Positions 20,571 to 31,395 of a stretch of 64,000 bases of DNA are shown one piece after another (position 1 is the stretch's first letter; every line of letters begins with the position of its first letter). Both the position numbers and the translations under genes were made by a program. This stretch comes from Polyangiaceae bacterium (GTDB lineage Bacteria; Myxococcota_A; Polyangia; Polyangiales; Polyangiaceae): assembly GCA_965222375.1 (NCBI GenBank), contig CBDCTZ010000015.1, positions 160,001 through 224,000 of the forward strand, in the 5' to 3' direction. The notes below the pieces were generated by a model. That model was given only the letters and a program-made list of their open reading frames with translations. It did no database searches and was not told where the DNA came from.

Positions 20571-21692
20571 ATGAGCGCGAAGATGGCATTGCGGAGATTC
20601 GCGCTCCAGGCCGCAAGTGGGTTTGGGGGGCGAGGGAAACAACGAGCCGGTGAGGAGTTCGCACGGGGGCTTCTCGGGTGTTTCGGTGAGCATGATGACA
20701 ACGGTGGGCCGGCCTACGGTCACAGCTTCTCCGTTGCGCGCGATGGCAAGAAGACGAAGAAGACGGTCAGCGTCCACTGGCCTGAGCGGCGAGTCGTCGT
20801 GGACGTTGTGGATCGTGACTTGATGCTCGATATGGCATGGGGCGAACTGCTGCGAGCCTGCCTTCAGATGGAGTCGGCGCCGCAGTACGTGGTGTTGACG
20901 AACCAACGCGACGTGCGCCTTTACGACTTGGCCTTCGACAAGGAGACGCCCCGCCTGGCGATCGCGCTGGACGAGCTGCCGAAGTACAGCGAGGCCTTCC
21001 CCTTCTTCGAGGCTGACTGGGTTCCGGGGACGACGCCGCGAATCATCAACGTCGACAAGGTCAGCAAGGAGGTTGCAGATCTGGTTGCGAAAGCGCACCG
21101 AGCGTTGGCGGCGAAGCATCCGGACCGGAAAGACGATGTGATTCAGTTCACGCTCCAGTGCATCGTCGCGATGTTTGCTGAGGACATCGGTCTGCTGCCG
21201 AAGGAGTATTTCACGGCGCTGCTCTACCGAGCGGCGGAGAAAGGCGGCGCCGAAGAGAAACTCGCCGAGCTATTCACCTGGATGAGCACCCCGATCGAGG
21301 AGCGGGCTGACGGAGATGCGGCCATTCCCTACTTCAACGGCGGACTGTTCACTGATTCGATCTCGCTTTCTCTCGATGCCGCGGTGCTCGGGGCGCTCAC
21401 GAAGGCAGCCGAAGCCAACTGGACCTACGTTGACCCGCACATCTTTGGAAGTGTGTTCACGGGCGTCATGGACAAGGCGGAGCGCAAACCAGCGGACCAA
21501 GAGGCGACCGAGTTCCTCCTGGAAATGAACCTCGCCCTCGCCGAAGACGAAGCCGCGGGCGAGATAATCCAGGGTCCGGGGCTTCCCAAGGTCGGCGGCA
21601 AAGACCTGGAGCCGAAAGACCCGCGCTGGATGTCTACAGATTGCATCGAGCCGCCTCCCCTGCCGGGCGTGGACGACGGGCCCGATGGCTGA
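20571..21692 (+). pseudogene. MmeI/YeeA-like type IIL R-M protein, internally deleted (methyltransferase and TRD lost)
   Basis: MFAEDIGLLP, YFNGGLF, NWTYVDPHIFGSVF, then jumps to C-terminal FLLEMNL...GPGLP; no GAHYT, DPACGSG or NPPF/Y. Confidence 0.8.
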
Positions 21693-22740
21693 CGAGATCA
21701 CCAATTCGGCGAGCGAATTCCTGCTCTACACCGCGCCGAACGGCGACGTCCGGGTGCAGGTCCTGTTCCGGGACGAAACCGTCTGGCTGCCCCAGAAGGG
21801 GCTGTCCGAGCTGTTCGCCGTGGGGGTGCCGGCCATCAGCAAGCACCTCAACAACATCTTTGATTCCGGGGAGTTGGAGCGTGGGGCAAGTGTTTCCAAA
21901 TTGGAAATAGTTCGTCAAGAGGGCAACCGAGAGGTCGCTCGCGATGTGGAGTTCTACAACCTCGACGCGATCATTGCAGTTGGCTACCGGGTCAACAGCT
22001 ACGAAGCGACGCAATTCCGCATCTGGGCCACGCGGACACTCCGCGAGTTCCTGATCAAAGGGTTCGTGCTCGACGACGAGCGCCTGAAGCAGGGCAAGAC
22101 CGCCTTCGGCAAAGACTACTTCGAAGAGCTGCTCGAACGGATCCGCGAGATCCGCGCGAGCGAGCGGCGCTTCTATCAGAAGATAACGGACATCTATGCG
22201 ACGGCCGTCGACTACGACCGAGCGGCACCGCTCACGCGCGAGTTCTTCGCGTCGGTGCAGAACAAGCTGCATTGGGCGATCAGCGGCCAGACAGCGGCAG
22301 AAATCGTGCACGAGCGCGCGGATGCGGGCGCGCCGCACATGGGGCTGAAGACCTGGAAGCACGCACCCGACGGGAAGGTGCTCAAGTCTGACGTATCCAT
22401 CGCAAAGAACTACCTTGGCGAGGAGCAGCTCGCCGAGTTGAATCGCCTCGTGTCCGCATATCTCGACCTGGCCGAGAACCGAGCGCGTCGCGGACTCGTT
22501 ACCAAGATGACGGACTGGGCGAAGTTCCTCGACGACTTCCTCAGGCTCAACAGCTACGACGTGCTCGCCGACAAGGGCAACGTCAGCGCTGCCGTTGCCA
22601 AGATCAAGGCCGAGGCGGAGTATGAGGCGTTCCGGCAGCTGCAAGACGCGGCTTTCGAGTCCGATTTCGACCGGTTCGTCGAACAGACCAGGCAGCTTTC
22701 CAGCGAGAGCCACGAGAAAGACCCGGACGCTGATGGCTGA
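21685..22740 (+). CDS. rhuM: RhuM-family protein
   Basis: ETVWL, YNLDAIIAVGYRVNS, ATQFRIWAT, IKGFVLDDERLK, IREIRASERRFYQKITDIYA. Confidence 0.92.
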   Translation: MADEITNSASEFLLYTAPNGDVRVQVLFRDETVWLPQKGLSELFAVGVPAISKHLNNIFDSGELERGASVSKLEIVRQEGNREVARDVEFYNLDAIIAVGYRVNSYEATQFRIWATRTLREFLIKGFVLDDERLKQGKTAFGKDYFEELLERIREIRASERRFYQKITDIYATAVDYDRAAPLTREFFASVQNKLHWAISGQTAAEIVHERADAGAPHMGLKTWKHAPDGKVLKSDVSIAKNYLGEEQLAELNRLVSAYLDLAENRARRGLVTKMTDWAKFLDDFLRLNSYDVLADKGNVSAAVAKIKAEAEYEAFRQLQDAAFESDFDRFVEQTRQLSSESHEKDPDADG

Positions 22741-24790
22741 CAGCATCGCGGACATCGCTGCGCTCTCTGCACTGTGGGACGCGGAGAAAAACGACCACGC
22801 CCCGGCCGAGGTGCTTGCGAAGAGCTATCGCACAGCCTGGTGGAAGTGTGCCAGCGGCCACTCCTTCCAGCGCAAGCCGCGCATGATGTCGAAGGACCCT
22901 TCCTGCCCCCACTGTGCCCTGGGCGGCGCGAGCTTGGCCGACACGCACCCGCACCTGGCGAAGCGATGGCACCCCGGAAAGAACCACACCACTCCGAGTG
23001 CAGTGAACGCCTCGCACACTGCAAGCGTCTGGTGGGTGTGCGACGAGGGGCATGTCTTCGAGCGTTCACCCCTTCAGATGGTCGCGGATGGCGCCTGCCC
23101 CCACTGTGCGCTCAGAAGCGATTCACTCGCGGCGCGCTTCCCGGAGCTCGCGGCCGAATGGCACCCACATCGCAATGGCGATCTCGGCGCCGACCAGATC
23201 GATCCGGATCACAAGATGACCGCCTGGTGGCTGTGCGCCAAGGGCCACGAGTTCCAGGCGACGGTCCGCTCACGAGCACGCAGCCACGGCCGCTGTCCAC
23301 ACTGCTACGGTGCCTGGACGGTTGACAGCATTCGCTCCTTCGTCAAGTCGCTGCTCAGCCACATTGATGTGCTCACTCCAAGCGAGATGTTTGCCCTCGC
23401 CATGCAGGCGGGCGCGCTTCGCGGCGCATCCTCCCGCGCGTTCGTGAAAGCGCTGACCACCGGGCGCTTTCCGGTCGAGGAGCTGGAAAAGTTCGCCGAC
23501 AACAAGGCCTCGCTCGTGGACGAGTTCGCCACGAATGCGGACTTCAGTCTCGCAGCCGAGCGGAAGGTCGACCTACCACCGGACGACCCGTTTGCGCTGC
23601 CCGATGCCCCTGACAGCGAATACGAGGCGGACGGGGACATCGACGTCTCCGTCACGATTCCGCCGCCGGGTGAGGACGGAGCCCCGGAGATGGAAGAAGG
23701 CGATTCTCTGCCCGTGGTCCAGACCCGCGACGCGCTAGCAGCACTGGACAGCAAGTTCGTCGCGAACGCCGATGCCGAAACGGTGAAGTTCTTGCTCGAT
23801 AGCGCCAAGGCGAAGCTTTGGCGCCACGCATACCGACACTCTGATGAGGCGGAGCAACAGGCACGCGTGTTCGAAGGCGATACCTACTCCTCCATCGTCC
23901 GAGACCGGTTCCTCGCAGAGTTCGACGCTGCACAAAACATGGTGCTGCCCGAAGGCTACGCGTTCCGACCCACGCCCGAGGATGACATCTGCCCACCGCA
24001 TCTCATGCAGCGCCACGTAGCCGTCAGCGTGACGGACAAGCGACGCTTCGGGAACTGGTCGGGCATGGGCGCAGGCAAAACACTCAGCGCGATTCTCTCG
24101 ACCCGGCTGACTCAGTCGGACCTGACCATCGTTTGTTGCCCGAATGCGGTGGTCGACAATTGGGAAGCGGAGATCGAAAACGCGTTCCCCGGCTGCCTGA
24201 CCCAGAAGAAGACCTGGGCGCCAGAATGGCCTGACGCCCACGGCCATCGGCCACGCTACTTGGTCATGAATTTCGAGCAGTTCCAGCTGCAGGATTCAGA
24301 AACGAGACTGGTCGATTTCCTGGCGCGCCACGTCGTCGACTTTGTCGTGATCGACGAGATCCACTTCGCCAAGCAGCGCGACGAAAACACCATGAGCCGG
24401 CGAAAACGTCTGGTGCAAGGCCTGATCCTCGAAGCCGGCAAACGCAATGCCGACCTCTGCGTGCTCGGCATGTCGGGCACACCGGTCATCAACACGCTCC
24501 AGGAGGGGCGAAGTCTGATCGAGATGATCACAGGGCACCGTCACGACGAGCTAGAAACCAAGCCGACCGTGCAAAACTGCATGCGGCTGTACCAGCGTCT
24601 CGTGACCCACGGAACGCGTTGGAAGCCGGACTACAGCACGCAGCTCGAAGTCGAAAAGCCCGACGTCGATTGTGTCGACCATCTCGATGAGATCCGCAAC
24701 GTTGGACGCGGCACCGTGCTCGACATGGAACAGGTGCTCACCAAGATCCGAATCCCGACGATTGTCGCCAATTTAGAGCCCCGCACCGTG
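22733..24790 (+). pseudogene. zinc-ribbon repeat + SF2 (SNF2-like) helicase, C-terminal RecA domain truncated
   Basis: Three WWxCxxGH...CPHC zinc ribbons; GMGAGKT, IDEIH, MSGTP; beyond about 24790 the ORF is antisense to the next gene. Confidence 0.78.
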
Positions 24791-25864
24791 CCGTCGCTGT
24801 GGGTCAAGTTGTTGGAGGTCGCCAGTGATCCGGCCGTAGTCCTTGGCGAACCAAAGCGTATTCACGCAGACGTCGCGGAGAAACGACCGCACTCCGCTCG
24901 TTGGCCTTTCCGGGAGGAGCACGGCAAGGTCGACGGCGGAGCGGCCGGGCAGGTACCGGCGGTAGTCGAGCAGTTGACCGACAGCCATGCGGACAAACGG
25001 CGGGCTGGCGTCTGTCTTGACCTCCACGAGCAGGGACCGCTCACTGCCACGGTACCCCTCGATGAGAGCATCGAACATCGCGTCTGCCCGAGTGCCCTCC
25101 CGGACGGCGAGACCAATCGCTTCACAGATGCGTTTTAGCTCTGTCGTCATCCGGTTGTGCAGCCGCCTGGCGACGACCGTTTTTGCGGCCTGGACATACT
25201 CGATGTCGGCGTCCCCCCTCATGACCAACTCTTTCTGAACACCCTCCGCCTTCTTGTGGAGCCGGGGCTTGCGCCGCCTCGTGAAGCTGTAGACCAGGTC
25301 GTCCGGATCCGCTGTGTCAAGGTCGAACGCGTCCCTGATCCCCTCCTGGGTAATCAGCCCCATCAGCCCACGGCACTGTTCCTCGAGGGTCGAACCAGAC
25401 AGACCGAGCCTGGTCAGCTTCGTTCGAACGGTCCCTCTTGCGTTGATGATGGGCGCTCGATGTCTCGGGTCGAGCGAAGCGAGCACTGGTGTTATGAGGC
25501 TGCTCGCTGGCATGTCGCCCGCTCCCTGACGCGGAAGGTCAGGCAGTCGATCGACGGTCGCGTAGGCGTCGAGAACCTCCTCGTCGCTCCTGGTCCCCGC
25601 CACGCACTGGAACAAACGCGAGACCCGCGCTCGATGGCGCTTCATCCAGTCGAGACTGGTGTTCCGGAACGCTGCGTAGAAGTTCACCATGCCGACAGGC
25701 TTGATGACCGCGCTCGCGATGTCGGCAGGAACATCGGTACTGCGGAGCGCAGCTGCCAGCTCGGGGCGAGTACCTGCCCGGATTGGCACTCCAGCCAGAG
25801 CGGACAAGGCCGGAGCGACGACGGCCCGCGTAGGGTCTGCCGAGTCACCTTTCTGTTTGGACAC
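24773..25864 (-). CDS. putative PD-(D/E)XK restriction-like endonuclease
   Basis: C-terminal FDAL...LLVEVKT...MAVGQLLDY; start uncertain. Confidence 0.7.
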   Translation of the reverse strand: MSKQKGDSADPTRAVVAPALSALAGVPIRAGTRPELAAALRSTDVPADIASAVIKPVGMVNFYAAFRNTSLDWMKRHRARVSRLFQCVAGTRSDEEVLDAYATVDRLPDLPRQGAGDMPASSLITPVLASLDPRHRAPIINARGTVRTKLTRLGLSGSTLEEQCRGLMGLITQEGIRDAFDLDTADPDDLVYSFTRRRKPRLHKKAEGVQKELVMRGDADIEYVQAAKTVVARRLHNRMTTELKRICEAIGLAVREGTRADAMFDALIEGYRGSERSLLVEVKTDASPPFVRMAVGQLLDYRRYLPGRSAVDLAVLLPERPTSGVRSFLRDVCVNTLWFAKDYGRITGDLQQLDPQRRHGAGL

Positions 25865-26266
25865 GGTGATCCACGTCAGCTTGCACGCGCGCAGGAACGC
25901 ACCAGCCACGCAGCCGTGTCGCCGAGCACTTGGTGGGCGCGTCGGGCCCGAGTCGGGCAAGCTATGCTTCAACGGCCGGAAGAGAGGCTACCGCGGCCTT
26001 CAGGCCTTTGGTGACGAGCGCCGTGCCCCAGCGCTGACGTTTCGTGACGTGAAGGGCGGGGGCACCCAATCCAGAAAGATCAAATGAACGTGAAACATGT
26101 AGGTGCCGCAGCGCGCAAATGCCCCTGCGCCTGAATACCCGGCTGCGGTCCAAACGCCTCAGGCTGTAGCAAAGCGCCTACACCGCGCAGTCCACATCGC
26201 AACGCACCTCGGGGAAACACCGCGTTTTTCCGGTCGCGGCGCCGCGGCACGCAGCTTGCTGGATCT

Positions 26267-26950
26267 ATGGGTATGACCCGCATCCTGCGAAGCACGCTTC
26301 TCGCCACTGTGACGCTGTTGTCGGCCCCAACCGCGCTTGCCCAAGAGGCGACCGCTTTCGACCTGGGCGACGAACCCCCGCCGCTGCCGGAGTCAACCCA
26401 GACCGACACGGGAAGCGACCCACTGGCCCAGGATGAGTTCACGGTCAGAACACCGAAGTTGCAACTTGGAGTTCGGGGCGCGGCAGCGCAGGGCAAACAC
26501 GCAGGTCACGCCCTCGCCGGATTCACCGGCGGCTACCGCCTGCTTCCAAGCTTGGAACTCGGCGGCTACGCAGACATCGTCGCCTCCAGCACACCAATGT
26601 CCGACGACTGTCCCGAGGGCACGGAATGCGACTACTCCTTCCAACGCTTCGGTGCGCGCGCCAGCCTGCACTTGCTACACGACTTCATCGTCGACCCCTG
26701 GCTCGCGGCAACCATCGGGGGCGTACACGTCAGTGCGAGCAACGAACCTTGGCGCGCGGACTTTGCGGTAGAGGTCGGCGTGGATGTGCGCCCGACCCCG
26801 TGGCTCTCCTTAGGGCCGTACATCAGCGTAGCCCGCGCCCTCGAGCCACGGGCCGATTATGACGGCTTCAGCGCCGTGGGCGGGCGGCTGAGCGTTCAGT
26901 TCGACCTGGGTCACTCCGCAGCATCCAAGACGAGCGTCGCACGACGCTGA
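26267..26950 (+). CDS. outer-membrane beta-barrel-like protein
   Basis: Signal peptide; amphipathic strands (VDPWL, LSLGPY, GGRLSVQF). Confidence 0.7.
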   Translation: MGMTRILRSTLLATVTLLSAPTALAQEATAFDLGDEPPPLPESTQTDTGSDPLAQDEFTVRTPKLQLGVRGAAAQGKHAGHALAGFTGGYRLLPSLELGGYADIVASSTPMSDDCPEGTECDYSFQRFGARASLHLLHDFIVDPWLAATIGGVHVSASNEPWRADFAVEVGVDVRPTPWLSLGPYISVARALEPRADYDGFSAVGGRLSVQFDLGHSAASKTSVARR

Positions 26951-27042
26951 GCCGACGGCCGCAAACGCCCGGCGCGGCTGCGTCACCGCGTCTAGGCGCC
27001 CCGACTTGCCGCGCCCCGCCAGAAACGGCACCATTTGCCCTG

Positions 27043-28503
27043 GTGGTAGACGCGCTCTCGTCCATGAGCCCCGGCACAGTGCTGGTGGGCAAATACCGCG
27101 TCGAACGCTTGATCGGCCAAGGCGGGATGGGCGTCGTGCTCGAAGCAACGCACGTCGCGCTGGGCGAGCGGGTCGCAATGAAGTTCTTGCTTCCAGACTT
27201 GGCCATGGACGGCGAGGCGGCAGAGCGCTTCCTACGTGAAGCGCGCGCGGCGGTACGCATCAAGAGCCCCCACGTGGCCAAGGTCAGTGATGTCGGAACC
27301 CTGGAGAGCGGCAGCCCCTACATGGTGATGGAGTTCCTCGAGGGCCAGGACGCCTCGGAACTGCTGGCGAGCTACGGGGTCATGGTGGTGCCAGACGCCA
27401 TCGATCTGGTGATTCAGGCTTGCGATGCCATTGCGGAGGCTCACTCCTATCGTATCGTGCACCGAGATCTGAAACCGGCAAACCTGTTCATTACTCGGCA
27501 TGCTGACGGATCGCCCTTCGTCAAGGTGTTGGACTTCGGCATTTCGAAAGTCCTCGACGAAAAGGCGGTCAGCTCCCTTACCCGCACAACCACTACTTTG
27601 GGCTCCGCGCTCTACATGTCTCCGGAACAAATCCGCGAGACCCGCTCCGTAGACCATCGCACCGATGTGTACGCGCTCGGCGTTACTCTCTACGAGCTAC
27701 TCAGTGCGGATCACCCCTTCGACGCCGACACCTTCCCTGCCCTATGCGTGAAGATCGCAACGGGAGCGCCAGTCCCTCTTCAAAGCCGCCGCGCGGAGCT
27801 ACCCCCAGAACTGTGCGAGGTTGTCCACCGGGCAATCGCTCGCGAGCCCGGTGACCGCTTCCAGAACGTTGGCGAGCTGTGTCTCGCGCTGCAGCCTTGG
27901 GCGCCAGAGAGCGCCAAGATCCTGATTCAGCGCATCGTCCGCCTGACCGGTGCTTCACCCGGAGCCGAGGAGATTTCCGCTCTCCACGCCGTTCCCACTC
28001 AGCCGACGCAGCCAACGGCGCACGCTTCAACCAACTCCCAGTTCGCGCAAGCCAACACGAACCCCCATGCGCAAGTCCCCCGCTCGACGTCCCCAGCACT
28101 GATTGCCGCCTTGGTTGCTGTACCTGCCTTGCTTCTACTCGGCGGGGGCGGGATCTGGTTTGCGGTGACGCGGACGGGTGCGACAGCGGAGTCTCCCGTA
28201 CCCGCGGACAGCGCGGCTGCCGGGCTGACTCAACCGGAAAAACCGCCCAACGAGCCAGCGGCAACCAACAGCACGAGCGCAGCGCAGCCCGAGAAGAGCG
28301 CTACGCCACCCACGGCCACCGAGAAGCCCACGAAGCCCGAAGCGCCAAAGGTCACCAAGCCCATGCCGGCTCCAGCTGCTCAGCCTGCTCCAAAGCCGGC
28401 CACCGCACCGATCGTCAAGCCGACCCCCAAGCCCGTGCCAAAACCAGCGACACCCAGGCCAACGCCAAAGCCGACACCCACCATCGACCCGAACGAACGC
28501 TGA
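27043..28503 (+). CDS. Hanks-type Ser/Thr protein kinase, membrane-anchored
   Basis: GQGGMG, VAMK, HRDLKPAN, DFG, YMSPEQ; TM segment plus Pro-rich tail. Confidence 0.95.
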   Translation: MVDALSSMSPGTVLVGKYRVERLIGQGGMGVVLEATHVALGERVAMKFLLPDLAMDGEAAERFLREARAAVRIKSPHVAKVSDVGTLESGSPYMVMEFLEGQDASELLASYGVMVVPDAIDLVIQACDAIAEAHSYRIVHRDLKPANLFITRHADGSPFVKVLDFGISKVLDEKAVSSLTRTTTTLGSALYMSPEQIRETRSVDHRTDVYALGVTLYELLSADHPFDADTFPALCVKIATGAPVPLQSRRAELPPELCEVVHRAIAREPGDRFQNVGELCLALQPWAPESAKILIQRIVRLTGASPGAEEISALHAVPTQPTQPTAHASTNSQFAQANTNPHAQVPRSTSPALIAALVAVPALLLLGGGGIWFAVTRTGATAESPVPADSAAAGLTQPEKPPNEPAATNSTSAAQPEKSATPPTATEKPTKPEAPKVTKPMPAPAAQPAPKPATAPIVKPTPKPVPKPATPRPTPKPTPTIDPNER

Positions 28504-29516
28504 TGCCCATGAAGCTCTCAACCACCACGCTGGCACTCCTCGGAATCCTCTTCACCGTCGCCCCCGCCTTCGCTGGCGACAAAGCCCTCGCGGAATCCTT
28601 GTTCCGGGAGGGGCGCAAGTTGATGGAAGCAGACAACCCTGCGGCAGCCTGCCCCAAGTTCGAGGCCAGCAATCGTGAAGACCCGTCCGCCGGCACGATG
28701 CTCAATCTGGCAATCTGCTACGAAAAACTCGGAAAGACCGCCTCGGCTTGGGCCCAATACAAGGAGACCGTGGTCAAGGCCAAAGCCCAGGGTCGTGACG
28801 CCCATGCCGCGAAGGCGAGTGAGGCGGCAGAAAGACTGGAGGACAAGCTCTCCAAGCTCACCATCGAAGCTCCGGCGGTTCGACCCCAGGGCTACCTCGT
28901 ACGACGTGGGAACGTGGAACTCAGCAGCGGCGCGCTCGGGCTGGCGGTCGCCGTCGACCCTGAAACTCACGTGATCGAAGCCAGTGCGCCCGGCTACGTC
29001 ACTTATCGAACCGAAGTGACGGTCGGCGCAAACGCGGATACCAAGTCCATCTTGATTCCAGATCTGGAACGCGACGAAAGCGCCGCTGCCACCCCGACGA
29101 GCACGTCATCGAGTTCATCCACATCCAGCGACGTGCGCGCCGACACCAGCGGTGGTGACAACAAGATGCTGGGCTACGTGCTGACCGGTACTGGCGGCGT
29201 CGTGCTAGCCACAGGCCTCACCATGGGGTTTCTCGCTCAGAAGCAAGCGAGCGACGCCGAAGACGATCCCAGCCTGTGTCCGAACAAACAGTGCACCCCC
29301 AAGGGCCGCGAAGAGATCGACGGTGCGGAAACCAAGGCGCTGATTTCGACCATTGGCGTCGGAGTAGGCGCCGTCGCCCTAGGAGCCGGAATCTACTTCC
29401 TGGTCACGAGCTCTGGCGACTCGGCCGCTGCGAAGAACGAGAAAGCGACGGCCACTCGCTTCGTTCCCATGTTGTCGCCTCACGGTGGTGGGCTCGGCGT
29501 CAGCGGCGCGTTCTGA
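28503..29516 (+). CDS. TPR/PEGA-domain secreted protein, kinase-associated
   Basis: TGATG overlap with the kinase; AESLFREG...ACPKFEAS...LNLAICYE; VDPETHVIEASAPG. Confidence 0.82.
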   Translation: MPMKLSTTTLALLGILFTVAPAFAGDKALAESLFREGRKLMEADNPAAACPKFEASNREDPSAGTMLNLAICYEKLGKTASAWAQYKETVVKAKAQGRDAHAAKASEAAERLEDKLSKLTIEAPAVRPQGYLVRRGNVELSSGALGLAVAVDPETHVIEASAPGYVTYRTEVTVGANADTKSILIPDLERDESAAATPTSTSSSSSTSSDVRADTSGGDNKMLGYVLTGTGGVVLATGLTMGFLAQKQASDAEDDPSLCPNKQCTPKGREEIDGAETKALISTIGVGVGAVALGAGIYFLVTSSGDSAAAKNEKATATRFVPMLSPHGGGLGVSGAF

Positions 29517-29794
29517 AGCTCGGGGCGGCTGCGGCGGCGACGTCGGCCCGCCCCCCGGCGTTGCAACGAGAGCGCCAGGCTGATGTGTTCTGCGGGCGCG
29601 ATCGATCCGTCTTTCGGCTCGCGCGCTTTGCGCAACGTCTGCGTGACATCTCCCGCGGGCGACAACATGTTGCGCGCAAGACGACGAGATGCCGCACTGC
29701 ATCATGAACGTGCTTGGAGCAAAGGGATTTCCGGTTGGCGTCTGTGCTCTGCGTTGATCTATGTTCCGCGCCCCACCCCAGACACGAGGCCATC

Positions 29795-30832
29795 ATGGGC
29801 GTTTTCGACCTCCTCGCAAAATACGACTACGGCGAGTTGCATCTCAACCGAGATGCAGCCTCCGGTTTGCATGCAATCGTCGCAATTCACGACACTCGCC
29901 TGGGACCATCTCTCGGTGGTTGCCGCTTCATACACTACGACTCCGAAGAGGAAGCCATCGTCGACGCCCTGCGCTTGGCGCGAGGCATGTCCTACAAAGC
30001 CGCCATCACCGGGCTGCCTCTCGGTGGCGGTAAGAGCGTGATCATACGGCCGAAAAGTGAATTCGACCGCGGCGCCTTGTTCCGCGCCTTCGGCAAGTTC
30101 GTCAATGACCTGGGCGGCCACTACATCACCGCCGAGGACAGCGGCACGAGCATCGAAGACATGGAAGTCATTCGCACGATGACGAAGAACGTCACCGGTG
30201 TGAAAGCCGAACATGGGGGCTCCGGGGATCCCAGTCCGTACACCGCCCTGGGCGTACGCCGGGGGATCGAAGCCTGCGTGAAGTTCGTATCCGGCCGCGA
30301 CAACATCGACAATCTTGACGTCGCGGTTCAAGGGGTCGGTCACGTTGGCTACCACCTGTGCAAAGAGCTCTCCGCCCTCGGGGCACGGCTCATCGTTGCC
30401 GACATCGACCCGCTGAAGAGCGAGCGCGCTCAGCGCGAGTTTGGCGCAGAGATCGTGCCGCTAGATTCGATCTTCTCCGTGGAGTGCGATGTGCTCGCCC
30501 CCTGCGCATTGGGAAGCGCCCTCAACGACACGACCATTCCGCAGCTCAAATGCAAGGTCGTCGCCGGTGCCGCCAACAACCAGCTGGCCGAGGCACGCCA
30601 TGGCGACGACCTGATGCAGCGTGGAATCGTGTACGCGCCGGACTACGCCATCAACGCCGGCGGCTTGATCAACGTGGCGACGGAGATCGAAGGCTACGAC
30701 GAGGAGAAATCCCGCGCCAAAGTCATGAAAATCTACGACACCATCTTCGAGATCGCCGACCGCGCGAAGAAGGCCATGAAGCCGACCTACGTCATCGCAG
30801 AGATGATGGCCCAGGAGCGCTTGGTTCGCTGA
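29795..30832 (+). CDS. Glu/Leu/Phe/Val dehydrogenase (leucine dehydrogenase-like)
   Basis: GPSLGGCR, MSYK, GGGKSV, TAEDSGT, GVGHVG, GAANNQL, YAINAGG. Confidence 0.95.
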   Translation: MGVFDLLAKYDYGELHLNRDAASGLHAIVAIHDTRLGPSLGGCRFIHYDSEEEAIVDALRLARGMSYKAAITGLPLGGGKSVIIRPKSEFDRGALFRAFGKFVNDLGGHYITAEDSGTSIEDMEVIRTMTKNVTGVKAEHGGSGDPSPYTALGVRRGIEACVKFVSGRDNIDNLDVAVQGVGHVGYHLCKELSALGARLIVADIDPLKSERAQREFGAEIVPLDSIFSVECDVLAPCALGSALNDTTIPQLKCKVVAGAANNQLAEARHGDDLMQRGIVYAPDYAINAGGLINVATEIEGYDEEKSRAKVMKIYDTIFEIADRAKKAMKPTYVIAEMMAQERLVR

Positions 30833-30876
30833 CTTTCCTGACCTCGCGCTGCGCGTAGAAGTACCGGCGCCTTGGC

Positions 30877-31296
30877 TCAAGGTGGCTTACCGTCACACTG
30901 GGCGAGCACGCGGTAGAGATCCGCGAGGTGACGAGGCTGCTGGTCTAGCATCACCTCGCAGCAGAAGCAGCCTGTGACGAATAGAGTTGCACCGTCCGCG
31001 GACTCCAGGAGCGTCCCGTTGCCTTGCTCGAGATGGTGGGAGCGGAACCAGAACTTCACGGCTCCTCCTTGAGCGAATTGAATCACGCCGAACTCGGTGT
31101 GGTCCGACAAGTGAGCTCGGCGTATGAAGGCGTTGAAGCCCGGCTCCAGCGCGTGCGCAGCGGGGTCCGTCTCTGCGCGAGTTGCCCTCAGCCTCCGCTC
31201 AACGGGGCTCGCGCGAAATACGAGCAACCAGCCCAACAAGGCCAAACTGAGCGCCATCAAACCACCCCCTACAGTCAGCGCGCGTCGTTTCCACAC
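30877..31296 (-). CDS. hypothetical membrane-anchored protein
   Basis: N-terminal TM segment; KFWFRSHH and GCFCCEV motifs. Confidence 0.55.
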   Translation of the reverse strand: MWKRRALTVGGGLMALSLALLGWLLVFRASPVERRLRATRAETDPAAHALEPGFNAFIRRAHLSDHTEFGVIQFAQGGAVKFWFRSHHLEQGNGTLLESADGATLFVTGCFCCEVMLDQQPRHLADLYRVLAQCDGKPP

Positions 31297-31395
31297 TCCA
31301 CGCCAAACGTCCTAGCGGCTACCCGCATTCCGCTATCTTTTCCGGGGAAAAGCACGACCGCAGCGACGGCCGCGGAGCGTGGCTATATTGCGAGC

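Noticed and set aside
18545..26266. Integrase- or tRNA-bounded genomic island or prophage
   Set aside because: No integrase, tRNA, att repeat or phage structural gene was recognised.
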